Shown piece after piece: positions 62,841-64,000 of a stretch of 64,000 bases of DNA. Below the pieces are notes generated by a model, which saw nothing but the letters and a program-made list of their open reading frames with translations, had not been told where the DNA came from and made no database searches. The position numbers were made by a program, and so were the translations under genes. The stretch's first letter is position 1. Each line of letters begins with the position of its first letter. The DNA comes from Callorhinchus milii (lineage: Eukaryota): NCBI RefSeq assembly GCF_018977255.1, contig NW_024704793.1, forward strand, positions 248,001-312,000, written 5' to 3'.

Positions 62841-63074
62841 GTGCTTTCGCTGAAATTGTCGTTTAGGAGTAACAGCAAGCTTGTGTTGCAAAGCTGAGCT
62901 GATTGTGCAAAACTGTTTTTGCTAAAAACAATGCTAGTTGCTGACTGCAGCAAAACTAAACTGCACAGGGGTCGAAGACCATATTTCGGAATATGTTAAG
63001 ATCGTTGGTTTTGTGACTTTTACCGAAAATAGAATGGCTGAAAGAATTAGTGATAAGGAAGAGTTGTGGCGAAC

Positions 63075-63287
63075 ATAATAATAATAATATTAATAATCCT
63101 TGCATTTGATATAGCGCTTTTCACGTTGGGAGGATGTCCCAAAGCGCTTCACAGAACACACTGTAAAGTGAACTTAATGTATATTTGTGGGCGAACGCGG
63201 CAGCCAATTGAGTACATCAATGTCCCACAAACAGTCGTAGATTCAAAATGACCAATTTATCATTGTTTTTGGCTTTGAAGGGATTAT
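63075..63287 (-). mobile_element. tRNA-derived SINE, tail half only (interrupted at 63288)
   Basis: Matches the 30763-30960 part of the full copy and stops at ggattat. Confidence 0.85.
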
Positions 63288-63674
63288 TGCGGGACCCAGT
63301 GAATGCCCAATTAAGATGGGTAACTTGCAAAATAGATTAGGAGCTTAGTGTGCTCGGGTGCAAATGATAAAATAAGGGCAAGAACGGGAAAAAGACAGAA
63401 GTGTCCGTAGTACGAGTAGATGGAATACTGAAAGCAGGAAGAAACAAGGTTGCATGTAGTAAAGAAACAGTTCTGAGTTTCTATGCTTGACATAGGGCTG
63501 AGTTTGTATGCTGAAAAGACACAGTGCTGAGCGTGAACCTTCTACGGTAATATTGTTCCGAAACAAGATCGTTTGATTGTACCTGCCTTTGTTCTACCAA
63601 TTGGGTAACTGGAGAAAAGCGATGAATAAGCCAATCTGCTTGCAAACGGATGTTGGTTGACTTTGTTTCTAACA
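63288..63674 (+). mobile_element. Putative 5' LTR (TG...CA) of an LTR retroelement/ERV
   Basis: Starts with TG where the SINE homology breaks, ends ...ctaaCA 4 nt before a tRNA-complementary tract. No second LTR or coding region in the window. Confidence 0.5.
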
Positions 63675-63678
63675 TATT

Positions 63679-63719
63679 TGGCGTAGTCGGCAGGATTCGA
63701 ACCCGCGCGGGGAAACCCC
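63679..63719 (-). other. 3' half of mature tRNA-Ser including CCA (reads as an extended PBS on +); not a tRNA gene
   Basis: Minus strand GGGGTTTCCCCGCGCGGGTTCGAATCCTGCCGACTACG-CCA differs at one position from the vertebrate tRNA-Ser 3' end as recalled. Confidence 0.88.
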
Positions 63720-63850
63720 TCCTTACCGTGACCTGGTGCGTACGGGCTTCCCCCGAGACACCATGAAGACGCCGAGCTTGGCGCGGACGCCTGATCGGCA
63801 CAGCCCGCTGCAGCTCAGAACTCCTGGCCTTAAGCGATCCACCAGTCTTA
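63715..63850 (-). ncRNA. 7SL (SRP) RNA-derived segment, roughly nt 50-181 of vertebrate 7SL
   Basis: Minus strand GGATCGCTTAAGGCCAGGAGTTCTGAGCTG...TGCCGATCAGGCGTCCGCGCCAAGCTCGGC...ATGGTG...CACCAGGT...TAAGGAGGGGT aligns by eye with 7SL as recalled. A fragment, not a full gene. Confidence 0.82.
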
Positions 63851-64000
63851 ACTTACAACGCACCACTTACATGCCGGTCGATAGCAGCCACGAATGGGTA
63901 CGCCCTCCCTCTGCTGGACAAATATCCCGGAGTTATCGCTACACATAAACATGATTGCGGTCATATCACTGAAGTGGAGCAAATTAAAGGTCCCACTCAC

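Noticed and set aside
63520-63526. CACAGTG heptamer
   Set aside because: No nonamer at 12 or 23 bp spacing, and it is not adjacent to the V exon.
63575-63680. Leader exon for the - strand V (ATG...GCAG|GTACAA)
   Set aside because: Phase 0 rather than 1, not hydrophobic, and inside the putative LTR.

Overview
Vertebrate DNA from a cartilaginous fish (inferred from shark-type IgM exons, the GPR139-like receptor family and the L2/CR1/tRNA-SINE repeat content; a holocephalan is plausible but not provable here). One N gap (7210-7351). From left to right: a TRIM RING/B-box pseudo-exon; a complete 4-exon IgSF receptor gene on + (leader 8584-8629, V 10580-10939, C2/I-type 11697-12005, TM/tail 16443-16591; 287 aa) that the ORF track does not assemble; a near-intact L2 LINE; two intact two-exon GPR139-like GPCR genes plus a duplicated GPCR 3' flank; and on - an IgM heavy-chain constant region (Cmu3, Cmu4+secretory tail, TM1, TM2). 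Main finding: no Cmu1, Cmu2, J, D or VH lies upstream of Cmu3. Instead, 3.3 kb upstream on the same strand is an intact, splice-phase-compatible, non-rearranging V exon that is an inverted paralogue (82/120 aa identical) of the receptor's V exon, and the duplication ends just before the receptor's next exon. This predicts a germline-encoded V-Cmu3-Cmu4 'natural Fc-fusion' with secreted and membrane forms. At the right end a putative LTR is followed by a 41-nt tRNA-Ser-complementary tract fused to an antisense 7SL RNA segment. All splice models are read from genomic sequence only; none is confirmed by transcripts.
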